A stretch of 46,126 nucleotides of DNA from contig DAIDJC010000001.1 of assembly GCA_027451565.1 (NCBI GenBank), forward strand, positions 1 to 46,126. The letters run 5' to 3'. The DNA is from Limisphaerales bacterium. GTDB lineage: Bacteria; Verrucomicrobiota; Verrucomicrobiia; Limisphaerales; UBA11358. Both the position numbers and the translations under genes were made by a program. Below, in pieces: positions 35,550-44,987 of the stretch. The number at the start of each line of letters is the position of its first letter. Positions within the stretch are counted from its first letter, which is position 1. The notes under the pieces are model-generated. The model searched no databases. It was not told where the DNA came from and was given only the letters and a program-made list of their open reading frames with translations.

Positions 35550-36614
35550 TTATTTGGACCCAATCACGGCCGGGCTGGGATTGATCAACGTCCCAGACTC
35601 ACATTCAGCGGCTTCTTCCCGGCGAACCGATGCCACCATGAACCAAACCGCACCAACCGCCAAGACGAGCGCTCCCACCAAAACATGCGCAGTGGCCACA
35701 TCCGCCGCCTTATTTGAAAGCACGGTCATGATCCCCAAACCCGCCTGCACTAATATCAAACCTAACCACAAAAAAGCAAGCCGAGTCAAATAATCCCCCT
35801 TGCCAAGGCGTTTAAGCGAAAGCATGGCGGCGGCGGCCACACCGAGCACGATCAACAAGGCCATGATGCGATGGATCATTTGAAGGATCACTTGGAACGC
35901 CGTGATGGGGTTGAGCTGATCGGGGTCCACCCGGGCTGCATTGTAACGGGCGATGGCTGCGGGACTGGTGTCCGGCCACAGTTGACCGTGGGCAAGAGGA
36001 AAATCTGAAATGGAAAGGCCTGCGTGTTGATGGCGCATGGTGGCACCTAGAATGAGCTGAAGAAAAATGAGTCCGGCTACATAGGCCACATGCCTGCGCA
36101 AACCTCCTGCCACCCGTTTACCCTGCTTCTCAGGCTGCTGTGTTAATCGGAACCAAAACGGACTTGTAAAAAGGGCCAAGGCACAGGTCAAAACAAAAAA
36201 GGATTGAGCAACAATCCCATGAAAAATGCCCAAGTCATCCATCTTCAAGGTCACTCTCAAGCCCCCCAGCACTCCTTGTATCACCACGCCCAAAAAAGCC
36301 GCCACACCTAACTTTTTCACCCAGGCCCGCTCGTCCGAACGCCACAACCAGACCATTAGAACCGTGGTCATGAACCCCACCAAGGTTGCCCACAGGCGGT
36401 GGGTATGTTCATAGAAAATACCCCCAATCCACTTGGAAGGTGGAAACAAGAACATGTTGTAACCGTAGCTATTGGGCCAGTCCGGCACAGACATTCCTGC
36501 CTCGTGGCTGGTCACCAACCCTCCCGCGCCGAGCAGGAGAAAGGTGAAGAACGCCGTGAGCGCCGCGAAGCGGAACAACCACCGATTGGGGGTAGTGAAT
36601 GACTTCGGTATCAT
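35550..36614 (-). CDS. ctaA: Heme A synthase (COX15/CtaA)
   Basis: GGLVTSHEAGMSVPDWPNSYGYNMF...HTHRLWA...HAHV-type His pairs in an 8-TM protein. Adjacent to ctaB. Confidence 0.85.
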   Translation of the reverse strand: MIPKSFTTPNRWLFRFAALTAFFTFLLLGAGGLVTSHEAGMSVPDWPNSYGYNMFLFPPSKWIGGIFYEHTHRLWATLVGFMTTVLMVWLWRSDERAWVKKLGVAAFLGVVIQGVLGGLRVTLKMDDLGIFHGIVAQSFFVLTCALALFTSPFWFRLTQQPEKQGKRVAGGLRRHVAYVAGLIFLQLILGATMRHQHAGLSISDFPLAHGQLWPDTSPAAIARYNAARVDPDQLNPITAFQVILQMIHRIMALLIVLGVAAAAMLSLKRLGKGDYLTRLAFLWLGLILVQAGLGIMTVLSNKAADVATAHVLVGALVLAVGAVWFMVASVRREEAAECESGTLINPSPAVIGSK

Positions 36615-36666
36615 TAAGAGTGGCCTAACCTCCCCGGTTCTCCGGGGAGGTTCAGCTCAAGGATTA

Positions 36667-37365
36667 TCACTTGATTGTGAAAGCCGGAAAATCCACTTTC
36701 ACGTCGGAATCCGTTACGGTCACCTGCAAAGTCTGGGTGCCTAGCTTGCGGTGGCTGGCGGTGATGGTATAGGTTCCAGGAGGCACATTTTTGATGACAA
36801 AGTCGCCATTGGTATCGGTGACACAGTAATAGGGGCTGTCCTCGATGGTGACCCAGGCAAACATCCAAGGATGCACATCACATTGAAATTTCATGAAATC
36901 CTCAGGCTTGTCAAAGGTGTAGGTCAGATCAGGGCCTCCGGCCATCTGGGCATCATTATGCTCGGGATTGCCGTTTTTGGAAGTGGTATGGACATTATGA
37001 ATGCAGGGATCGGAATTTTTCACCACGAGTTTCTGGCCGGTCTGGATGGCCATGATGCCCGGGAGATAGATGCAACCACGCTGGTCCAGCACAGCCGGAG
37101 GAGCGCTGGCTCCAGTGGATTTTCCGGTGACCTGCAATGCCACGACCACATCGGCTAGACCGCCGTTGGGGCCAACTTCATAGAAATGGGTAAACGGCTT
37201 GTCCTTGTGCAAGGCGCCACATACCGGATCGTTCTCCAGAGGAATAATCTCCACATTCGGCGGAGGTGTTCCTTGAAACTTGATTTCACCCGTAATATTT
37301 CCAGCCTTGGCGGCAATACCTAAAGCCAAACCGCCCATCAATGAAAGAATGAGAGCTTTTTTCAT
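36667..37365 (-). CDS. Exported cupredoxin-like (type-1 copper motif) protein fused to a CarboxypepD_reg-like beta-sandwich
   Basis: Signal peptide MKKALILSLMGGLALGIAAKA. Putative Cu ligands IHNVH and CDVHPWM (C-x2-H-x2-M). C-terminal sequence TDTNGDFVIKNVPPGTYTITA. The track ORF starts at 37389. Confidence 0.68.
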   Translation of the reverse strand: MKKALILSLMGGLALGIAAKAGNITGEIKFQGTPPPNVEIIPLENDPVCGALHKDKPFTHFYEVGPNGGLADVVVALQVTGKSTGASAPPAVLDQRGCIYLPGIMAIQTGQKLVVKNSDPCIHNVHTTSKNGNPEHNDAQMAGGPDLTYTFDKPEDFMKFQCDVHPWMFAWVTIEDSPYYCVTDTNGDFVIKNVPPGTYTITASHRKLGTQTLQVTVTDSDVKVDFPAFTIK

Positions 37366-37580
37366 ATAGACCATCACCAATAACACCAAGAGAAAGGATG
37401 GACAAGCAAATTGTGAAAAATTTCACAAGCGATCCAAAATCCCCCCGGCTGGACTTTCGTTTAAATTACAATGCGTTTGGTTTGTGGATATTGTGACTAC
37501 ACAAACGGCTTTATTCCTTTATGTGAATCCGGCCAATACCCCCCTCCGTTTCTGCAGACCACTTCATTTTTGGCCTGGTT

Positions 37581-38063
37581 TCAACGCAAATTCTGCATAG
37601 TCCGGGCCATGGCCAAGGCGGTTTGCGCCGCTTCGCGTCCGCGGTTATGGTCGGCGTCCATACACCTTTGGCGGGCTTGCTGATGGTTTTCCAGGAGAAG
37701 CACCTCATGAACAACCGGGACTTGGTGCATGATTTGAATTTGAACCAGAGCATTGGTCACAGCCTCGCCGATATGTTGTGCGTGAGTGGTGGCGCCCCTG
37801 AGGATGACGCCCAGACAAATGAGGGCATCCAGCCGGTCCTCAGGGTCAGAACCGTTTGCGCGGCGGGCCAGAGAACTGGCCACCACTGGAATCTCAAAGG
37901 CTCCCGGCACTCGCACAACACAAGCGGCTCCTCCGGCCTTTTGGATTTCGGCCTTTGCAGCCCGTAGCATGGAATTCACATAACGGGCGTTGTAAAGCGA
38001 GGCAATGATCGCAAAGCGCCCGTCACGGTTGAAGCGGTTGGTGCTGGCAACTTTTTTAAGCAT
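37581..38063 (-). CDS. ribH: 6,7-dimethyl-8-ribityllumazine synthase
   Basis: FAIIASLYNARYVNSML...VRVPGAFEIPVVA...ALICLGVILRGATTHAQHI...VPVVHEVL. The Met at 38063 gives the usual length of about 160 aa. The longer track ORF (to 38297) would overlap ribBA. Confidence 0.9.
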   Translation of the reverse strand: MLKKVASTNRFNRDGRFAIIASLYNARYVNSMLRAAKAEIQKAGGAACVVRVPGAFEIPVVASSLARRANGSDPEDRLDALICLGVILRGATTHAQHIGEAVTNALVQIQIMHQVPVVHEVLLLENHQQARQRCMDADHNRGREAAQTALAMARTMQNLR

Positions 38064-38178
38064 AATGATGAAGCAGGCTGATGATGATGCAAATCCATGG
38101 AATTGCCAAGGGATTGGCGCTGCAAAAGACGCCCCGGCCACGGTTGAAGACCGGTTCAACCGCGAGCGGGGAAATGCA

Positions 38179-39378
38179 TCAAAGGTGATGACCCAATTTT
38201 TCGCGCTTGGTCTTGAGATAACGGGCGTTGTGGGGATTGGGTTTGATCCGGATAGGAATCTGTTCGGAGATATGGAGGCCATATCCCTCGAGCCCAACGA
38301 CTTTTTTGGGGTTGTTGGTGAGGAGACGAATGTTTTTCAACCCCAGATCCACCAGCATTTGGGCCCCAAGACCGTATTCCCGAAGGTCCATGCCGTAACC
38401 AAGGCGCGCGTTGGCCTCGACGGTATCGAGGCCCATTTCCTGGAGTTTGTAAGCTTTGATCTTGGGAGCCAGGCCTATGCCACGTCCTTCCTGCCGCATG
38501 TATAATATCACACCACAACCGGCCTGGGCCACTTGGCGCATGGCCTGCTGAAGCTGCGGGCCACAATCACATCGTTTGGAGCCAAACACATCGCCGGTGA
38601 GACATTCGCTATGGACACGCACCAGGACGTTTTGTTTGCCAGCCACATCACCGCGAACCAGCGCCAGGTGATGCTGCCCATCCACGCAGGATCGGTAAAG
38701 GTGCAGGGTAAAATCACCATGCTCGGTTGGCAGGTTGACCACCTCCACCCGTTCCACGAGTTTCTCACGCGACCGCCGGTATTCAATCAAGTCCGCCACG
38801 GTGCAGATGGGGAGATCATGTTTTTTGGCAAAGCGGATCAATTGAGGCAACCGGGCCATGGAACCGTCATCATTGACAATTTCCGCCAGCACACCGGCCG
38901 GGCGAAGGCCAGCGAGCCGGGTTAAATCTATTGCCGCCTCGGTATGTCCGGCCCGGCGCAGCACGCCCCCATCGCGGTAACGCAGGGGAAAGACATGGCC
39001 AGGCCTCACAAAGGCATCACGGTTTGCAGCGGGGTCGGCGAGGAGCCTGATGGTGTGAGCCCTGTCGGCGGCGGAAATGCCGGTGGAAACGCCCTGCGCG
39101 GCATCCACCGAGATGGTGTAAGCCGTGCGCATGCGTTCCATGTTTTGCTGCGTCATGAGGGGCAGGTCCAGCCGGTCCAGGTCATCCCCCAACATGGGCA
39201 CACAAATGACGCCGGAGGTGTAACGCACCATGAAACTGACGTTCTGACGCGTGGCTTTCTCCGCCGCAAAAATCAAATCCCCCTCGTTTTCACGGGAGGC
39301 ATCGTCCACCACCACCACCATTTTGCCACGCCGAATGGCATTGATGACATCATCAATTGAATGAAAAGGATTCTTCAT
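38179..39378 (-). CDS. ribBA: Bifunctional 3,4-dihydroxy-2-butanone-4-phosphate synthase / GTP cyclohydrolase II
   Basis: DHBP synthase part: MVVVVDDASRENEGDLIFAAE...RAGHTEAAIDL. GCH II part: VRVHSECLTGDVFGSKRCDCGPQL...LYMRQEGRGIGL. Confidence 0.93.
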   Translation of the reverse strand: MKNPFHSIDDVINAIRRGKMVVVVDDASRENEGDLIFAAEKATRQNVSFMVRYTSGVICVPMLGDDLDRLDLPLMTQQNMERMRTAYTISVDAAQGVSTGISAADRAHTIRLLADPAANRDAFVRPGHVFPLRYRDGGVLRRAGHTEAAIDLTRLAGLRPAGVLAEIVNDDGSMARLPQLIRFAKKHDLPICTVADLIEYRRSREKLVERVEVVNLPTEHGDFTLHLYRSCVDGQHHLALVRGDVAGKQNVLVRVHSECLTGDVFGSKRCDCGPQLQQAMRQVAQAGCGVILYMRQEGRGIGLAPKIKAYKLQEMGLDTVEANARLGYGMDLREYGLGAQMLVDLGLKNIRLLTNNPKKVVGLEGYGLHISEQIPIRIKPNPHNARYLKTKREKLGHHL

Positions 39379-39545
39379 TTGAGGAACCGAATTAGTTCGT
39401 CGTACCCAAAATGACACAAAATTCACATAAAGTAATGAAAAGTTTTATGGTTTTTTGCTTTGAAAGGTGGACAGGTGGATTTACTTTGACGTCACAAGCT
39501 CTTTGGCGGTCTTGGCCTGGACCCTTCAGGGTATTGATTGGAATC

Positions 39546-40316
39546 ATGTCAAACACAGGATCAGAACGGTCGGTTCACGAGCAGCCGGAATTCATGGCGT
39601 CCATTTCTGGCAAGCCTGTTTCGAGCGATGATCTGCAGGAAAACCTGCGGAGGCTGGATCGCCTGGCCAATCTGGGACTTGTGTCAGCAGGATTGGCCCA
39701 TGAAATTAAAAACGGCCTTGTTTCCATCAATGTTTTCGTGGATTTGCTCCTGCAAAAGGGGGAGGAGAAAGAAATGGCTTTGATGGCGCAACGTGAGTTG
39801 AGGCGGATAGACACGCTGGCGACCCAGATGCTGAGGTACGCATCGCCCAAAACGCGGGATTTTTCTGAAATTCACGCGCATGAAATCCTGGACCAATCCC
39901 TTCGCCTTCTGGACCATCAAACGCGCGGAAACCTGATCATGGTGGAGCGGGAATACGAGGCTGGGAACGATCTTTTAAATGGAAACGAGTCCCAATTGCA
40001 ACAGGCCTTCATGAACCTGCTTCTGAATGCGGTGGAAGCCATGAGCAGCAATGGGTGTCTGAAGGTGCGCACTGAAAATGAAGCCAACCCCGGGGGCTTG
40101 AGCCAGCTTCGCATCACCATCCGGGATTCCGGTTCGGGGATATTGCCCGAAAATCTTGAACGGCTGTTTGAACCCTTTTTCACGACAAAAAAGAATGGGA
40201 CTGGTCTGGGCCTGCCCATCACCCGCCGGATCGTGGAGGAACACAGCGGTGCAATCGAGGTCCAGAGTGAAACGGGCAGGGGATCCGCATTTATCCTGAC
40301 TTTGCCGACCCGCTGA
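39546..40316 (+). CDS. Cytoplasmic sensor histidine kinase (HisKA + HATPase_c), no adjacent response regulator
   Basis: H-box GLAHEIKNGL, N-box LLLNAVEAM, G1 RDSGSGI, G2 GTGLGLPI. Start chosen at MSNTGSE; the track start at 39411 precedes a non-protein-like stretch. Confidence 0.8.
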   Translation: MSNTGSERSVHEQPEFMASISGKPVSSDDLQENLRRLDRLANLGLVSAGLAHEIKNGLVSINVFVDLLLQKGEEKEMALMAQRELRRIDTLATQMLRYASPKTRDFSEIHAHEILDQSLRLLDHQTRGNLIMVEREYEAGNDLLNGNESQLQQAFMNLLLNAVEAMSSNGCLKVRTENEANPGGLSQLRITIRDSGSGILPENLERLFEPFFTTKKNGTGLGLPITRRIVEEHSGAIEVQSETGRGSAFILTLPTR

Positions 40317-40317
40317 A

Positions 40318-42585
40318 TCACTCTCCCAACAGGGGATAGGCGCTGACCGAATCGGCCCCCACGGCGCTGGAAGGGCTGGCTTTGAGTGAAAGCTGGTAGG
40401 ACAATCCGTAGTCCACAGGAGTGCCCAGGTTATTTTCAACGTACACCGTGAGGGATGCGGTCCAACTGCGCATGTCCCTGTAAAGGGAGTAAAACTGGGA
40501 CTGCAAGCGACCGGAGGTGGCATCGAAATTATGCTGGATGCGAACTCCCCAGTTGTCATTGACGCGATAGAACAGTGTGCTGGAAAAGTAGTCGCTCTGC
40601 TGCCAGACCCCATTCCCCCAGGCCCCGGCACGCAGGTACCAGTGGGCGAGGCCCCAGCTCCAGCGGTTATTGGGCGTGAAGGTGAGCTGATGAAAGGCCA
40701 AGTTTAAATTACCCCCCAAGACGTCGTAACGCACCTGGGATTCGAACGTGAGCCAGGTGCGAGGGCGGAAGGAAAATTCCGAGTAGAGATCATTGAGCGC
40801 GCTCTGCCCGGGACCGGGTTGCAGCCGCCAATCCATGAGCAAGTTCCAGTTCACCAAATCCTGCAACTGACCCGCACGCTGGGTTTGGAGGATGTTCCGC
40901 AAGCCAAACCGGATCACGTTCATGGAATCAATTGAGTCAATACTGTTATAGTCGGGGAAATTCACCGGCAGGAGCATCAAGCTGGGCAATTCACTGTCAA
41001 ACTGGGGCAATTCCATTGGCGGCACACTAGGATTGGGCACGAACACATAATTGGCGGAAGGCTCCATGATATGACGCAGTCCATCCACCTGCAGCAAGCC
41101 ATTCGTGGCACCGGCCCAAAGTTGTGAGGCTTTAAAAGAAACGCCCACGCCTGTGTCCAGCACCTCCCGGTTTATATCGTGCTGGGGAGCCGCCAAGCCG
41201 TCCGCACCCGCCGAATAATAAGTCAGCCGTCCTCCCACGTTGGGCGTCACATTCAGCCAGTTGAAAAATGTCCAAGGCAGGACCAGTTGATGAAAAGTGT
41301 CAAATCGCGCGCTGGAATTGGTGTAAAAACCGATTGCCGGGTCAAACACGTTATTGGTGGTGTTGGCGGTGTAGGACCTGAAAATCCCGACCGAGCTTTG
41401 GCTGTCATAGTAAACCGGCGTATCCAGGACCTGCTGCCTGAACCCGGTCAACTGCACGTCCGGGAGTCTTTCAATCTGGGAAAAAAAACTGTTAACCCGC
41501 GGGGTGGTCAGGGCATCCACGCTCCAGTTATCCCAATAACGATTGGCCTCCACAAAAGTATCAGGCTGGGGATTGGCCGTGTAATCGCCCGGGTAAAAAT
41601 CATGAATGATAAGCGGGTCAGACTGGTAATTTACAAGGGCTTTGAGGTTGAGGTTGGTATAGGGCGTGGCCTGCCAACCCAGGTAAAACATCTGCCGGTT
41701 GTTGGGAATATTGCCAAATGGCGGCAGGCCGTTGGTGTCTATGTCCGGCTTGGTATCATGCAGATAATAATACCGCACGCTGGCCTCACCCCATTGGCCA
41801 AGGTGGAGATTGACATCCGGGCCGAAACCGGGCCCCCGGAACGAACGGTAGTCCGCATGAATTTTTCCATCTGCATAATCACCCAAAAACCACCGGTAGG
41901 TGGCCAGCATTTCCGCCCCGAAAAAGCTCCGGTACCCGGGCTGGATGGTCAGATGGTCCATCGGCGTGTTCAATGCCCGTTGATAGTAGGGGAAATAAAA
42001 CACAGGCACTTTGCCCAGGTAAAAAGTCGCATCCCACATTTGAACGGATTTGCCCGGTATAACCACGATCCTGCTTGCTTGAACCCTGTAGAACGGGCTG
42101 GCCACGTCATCGGTGGTCAAAAAGGCATTGGTGGCAGTAAGCCTTCCGTCACCCTGCCCGTTTTGAATCTGCCCCGCCAAGTGTCCGCCCCCGGCAAAGA
42201 CAGGGGGAAACCCCGTGCGGAACTGCTCGCTCATCATCCGGTGCGTCTTGAAATTATATTGGATATGATCCCCCACCCATAATTGGCCCTCGGACTCGAT
42301 CCGCACATGGCCATCTGCGATCACCTCACCGGTGGCTTCATTGAGCGAGGCGTTGTCAGCCGTGAGCACCACGTTGCCTTTGGGATCGGGATGGCGCAAA
42401 TAGACCCCGTTGGTCCACGTCATGGTTCCGGTGGTGGCATCGTAAAACATCTGACCCTGGGGCAGCCCGGGAATGACCTTGCTGAGAGCTTCGATAATTT
42501 CGCTGGAATCATCCTCTGCAAAAACTGGACAGGCCAACAACGCTGCCAAAAGCAGCAGCGCTGTCATTGCGGGAATTTTTGTCAT
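40318..42585 (-). CDS. lptD: LPS-assembly outer-membrane protein LptD (OstA family)
   Basis: Signal peptide MTKIPAMTALLLLAALLACPVFA. OstA-like N-terminal beta-jellyroll (LTADNASLNEATGEVIADGHVRIESEGQLWVGDHIQYNFKT). Large aromatic-rich C-terminal beta-barrel ending in LLGE. Its stop lies 1 nt from the stop of the convergent kinase gene. Confidence 0.8.
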   Translation of the reverse strand: MTKIPAMTALLLLAALLACPVFAEDDSSEIIEALSKVIPGLPQGQMFYDATTGTMTWTNGVYLRHPDPKGNVVLTADNASLNEATGEVIADGHVRIESEGQLWVGDHIQYNFKTHRMMSEQFRTGFPPVFAGGGHLAGQIQNGQGDGRLTATNAFLTTDDVASPFYRVQASRIVVIPGKSVQMWDATFYLGKVPVFYFPYYQRALNTPMDHLTIQPGYRSFFGAEMLATYRWFLGDYADGKIHADYRSFRGPGFGPDVNLHLGQWGEASVRYYYLHDTKPDIDTNGLPPFGNIPNNRQMFYLGWQATPYTNLNLKALVNYQSDPLIIHDFYPGDYTANPQPDTFVEANRYWDNWSVDALTTPRVNSFFSQIERLPDVQLTGFRQQVLDTPVYYDSQSSVGIFRSYTANTTNNVFDPAIGFYTNSSARFDTFHQLVLPWTFFNWLNVTPNVGGRLTYYSAGADGLAAPQHDINREVLDTGVGVSFKASQLWAGATNGLLQVDGLRHIMEPSANYVFVPNPSVPPMELPQFDSELPSLMLLPVNFPDYNSIDSIDSMNVIRFGLRNILQTQRAGQLQDLVNWNLLMDWRLQPGPGQSALNDLYSEFSFRPRTWLTFESQVRYDVLGGNLNLAFHQLTFTPNNRWSWGLAHWYLRAGAWGNGVWQQSDYFSSTLFYRVNDNWGVRIQHNFDATSGRLQSQFYSLYRDMRSWTASLTVYVENNLGTPVDYGLSYQLSLKASPSSAVGADSVSAYPLLGE

Positions 42586-42692
42586 CGGGCGTCGGCAATA
42601 AATCAAAAGAACACCGGCCTGCCAAGCAGCATTTGCGCGGTTCACCCGGGGCCACGCGTGCTGGGGCGCTCATCCCGCGACATCGGCACGAC

Positions 42693-43100
42693 TTAGAAGG
42701 CAGGCCAAAAGGCAAACGCCACGGCTGCCACCATGCATAAAAAAGCGGCCAGATGGTTCCAAGCCGGCACCGTCTTGAAATAAAAGAAGGCAAAAACCAC
42801 AAAAACAGCGAGAGTGATCACTTCCTGCATGATTTTCAACTGGTATGGCGAATATTTCGAACTGCCCCAGCGGTTGGCAGGCACTTGAAAACAGTACTCC
42901 AGCAAAGCGATGCCCCAACTGGCCAGAATCACCGGCACCAACGGCTTGTCCTTGAACTTGAGATGACCGTACCAGGCAAAGGTCATGAAAATGTTTGAAC
43001 AGGTCAACAAAACAACTGGCAACCACCGGGATTGGTAAATTGAATCCATAAAATTAAAAAGCGCCAAACCTAAGATTTCAGCGCCCCTGCAATCTTTCAA
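42693..43100 (-). CDS. DUF486-type DMT-family small membrane protein
   Basis: LLTCSNIFMTFAWYGHLKF...ILASWGIALLEYCFQVPANRWG...YQLKIMQEVITL matches the DUF486 pattern. Confidence 0.78.
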   Translation of the reverse strand: MKDCRGAEILGLALFNFMDSIYQSRWLPVVLLTCSNIFMTFAWYGHLKFKDKPLVPVILASWGIALLEYCFQVPANRWGSSKYSPYQLKIMQEVITLAVFVVFAFFYFKTVPAWNHLAAFLCMVAAVAFAFWPAF

Positions 43101-43150
43101 GAAAATTTGGCAGATTTAAACGCAATCCGTCCAAGGTTGGATGCCGGGGT

Positions 43151-43993
43151 TCAGGGAGGAAACCCGAATGAGATTTTTACTGCTGAATACTCCGGGTGCA
43201 CGGATCCATCGCCACGCCGGATCACGAGTGGAGGCTCTTCCCAGGTCAGTTCCCTAAACCAACTTGGAAGGTCTTTTTGGCTCATGAAGCCCAACAAATC
43301 CAGGAGGGGTTCGCTCCCCTCGCGAAAAACCACGGGCCGGCGCCGGACCAGCGACAATCCAGCCTGGCTGGCAGCCGCCCGGACACGCGCAAAGGAGGCT
43401 GCAAGATGAGGAAAAACGCATGCAAAAAATCCGCCAGGAGCCATGTGACGGGCTGCAACGGAGGCATAATCCGCTATTGAACCGCGCATTTCAAACCGAC
43501 AGGCAATTTTTTGCGGGTCCTCGGACATGACCCCCTCCCCCGGTGGAAAATAGGGCGGGCTTCCCGTGATGAGATCAAAAAGTTCATGCTCCCCCAGAAT
43601 GGCAGCCTCACGAAAATCACCCTGTCGGATGTCGAACCGTTTTTCCAACCCGTTATAAGCTGCTGATTTGCGAGCCAAAGAAACGCTTTCATCCTGGGCC
43701 TCCACTGTCACCCAAGTTGAACCGGGCAGCCTCCATGCTGCAATCATGGCGACTGATCCGATCCCGCTTCCTAAATCCAAGGCGCGGCTGGCGGAGGGAC
43801 ACCAGGTTGTTCCATACCATGCGGTCAACACGTCGTCGGTTGAAAACCGGTGGCCGTTGGATCGTTGGAAAAGCCTGTAATGGCCGCTAATGGCATCCAA
43901 GGTCTCTCCTTGTGCGGGGCCGGTGTGGGACAAAGAGCCTGGCGGAACAGGTCCAGGCTTGGTCCAACCTTTGAATTGCTCTTCCACCCTCAT
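43151..43993 (-). CDS. N6-adenine-type SAM-dependent methyltransferase (YfiC/TrmN6-like)
   Basis: Motif I ALDLGSGIGSVAM and motif IV DLITGSPPYF (an NPPY variant). ATGA overlap with the upstream CDF gene. Confidence 0.75.
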   Translation of the reverse strand: MRVEEQFKGWTKPGPVPPGSLSHTGPAQGETLDAISGHYRLFQRSNGHRFSTDDVLTAWYGTTWCPSASRALDLGSGIGSVAMIAAWRLPGSTWVTVEAQDESVSLARKSAAYNGLEKRFDIRQGDFREAAILGEHELFDLITGSPPYFPPGEGVMSEDPQKIACRFEMRGSIADYASVAARHMAPGGFFACVFPHLAASFARVRAAASQAGLSLVRRRPVVFREGSEPLLDLLGFMSQKDLPSWFRELTWEEPPLVIRRGDGSVHPEYSAVKISFGFPP

Positions 43994-44913
43994 GGATTGG
44001 GCAAATCCATCCCTTGGCGAAGGGGCTCGACATGAACCAACACATCATATACCCGCGGCAAGGCCGCTTGGACCTCTTTTTTGACCTTATGGGCGATTTC
44101 ATGTGACTGGAGCACGGTCATTTGGGGATCCACTTCAACGTGCATTTCCGTATAGAAATGGTAGCCCATTTTGCGGACGAAACACTTTTCAACCCGCCCA
44201 ACCCCTGCCACCCCTTGGGCAATGCGCCGGACATCGCTCAAAATATTGGGGTCTGGCGCCTTATCCATTAATTCACCCAAGGCCGGGCGCAGCAGGAGGG
44301 CACCGTTGAACCCAATGACCAAAGCTGCAAAAATAGCGGCCACATCATCTGCCGCCACCATTTTTGGTCCCCCAATCAAGGCCACCGTAATGCCGATGGC
44401 AGCGGCCACGGATGTGATGGCGTCGCTGCGATGATGCCAGGCATCTGTGGTAACGGCTGAATTATCCAGCGCGGCACCCTCACTCAAAACGAAGCGAAAA
44501 AGAATCTCTTTCACCACCACCACCAACCCCAGAACGAAAAGGGTGCAAACATTTGGAGCCGGCCTGTGTATCACGGCATTGGCGCTAAACAGGGCGCTGA
44601 TGTCGTTGACAGCCTTGAGGGCAATCCATAAGGCGCCCAGGAGAAGCATTCCGGCCCCGAAAGCCGCCGCAATGGGTTCCGCCTTGCCATGGCCATACGG
44701 ATGATCCACATCGGCGGGGGTTTCTGCCACCACAATACCACGCCAAACGATCAATGAATTCAAAATATCCGCGAAGGACTCGGTGGCATCCGCAATCAAT
44801 GCGTGGGAATGGCCCAACACGCCCGCGACAAACTTGGCGGCTCCAAGAACGATGTTGACCGCGATTCCTAAAAAGGTCGCGCGCAGACTTCGTTCAAGGC
44901 GGGTTCCTGTCAC
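43990..44913 (-). CDS. Cation diffusion facilitator family transporter
   Basis: HSHALIADATESFADIL...HPYGHGKAE...TDAWHHRSDAITS are the CDF metal-site helices. A C-terminal cytoplasmic domain follows. Confidence 0.9.
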   Translation of the reverse strand: MTGTRLERSLRATFLGIAVNIVLGAAKFVAGVLGHSHALIADATESFADILNSLIVWRGIVVAETPADVDHPYGHGKAEPIAAAFGAGMLLLGALWIALKAVNDISALFSANAVIHRPAPNVCTLFVLGLVVVVKEILFRFVLSEGAALDNSAVTTDAWHHRSDAITSVAAAIGITVALIGGPKMVAADDVAAIFAALVIGFNGALLLRPALGELMDKAPDPNILSDVRRIAQGVAGVGRVEKCFVRKMGYHFYTEMHVEVDPQMTVLQSHEIAHKVKKEVQAALPRVYDVLVHVEPLRQGMDLPNP

Positions 44914-44987
44914 GTTTGGATTATGAAATCGCCCAGGTAAAAATCCAAGTCATTCGAGCCGGTTGCAGGATTTTGGCGGTTGAAGGA

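Noticed and set aside
38064-38297. 5' extension of the ribH ORF (track ORF 37581-38297) overlapping ribBA by about 120 bp
   Set aside because: The extension is Ser/Pro-rich and non-homologous. The Met at 38063 gives a canonical lumazine synthase of about 160 aa starting just before FAIIASLYN.
39379-39545. Looked for an FMN (RFN) riboswitch upstream of ribBA and a TPP riboswitch upstream of thiG (4634-4704)
   Set aside because: Neither leader contains the conserved cores of these riboswitches as I remember them. The thiG leader is only about 70 nt.
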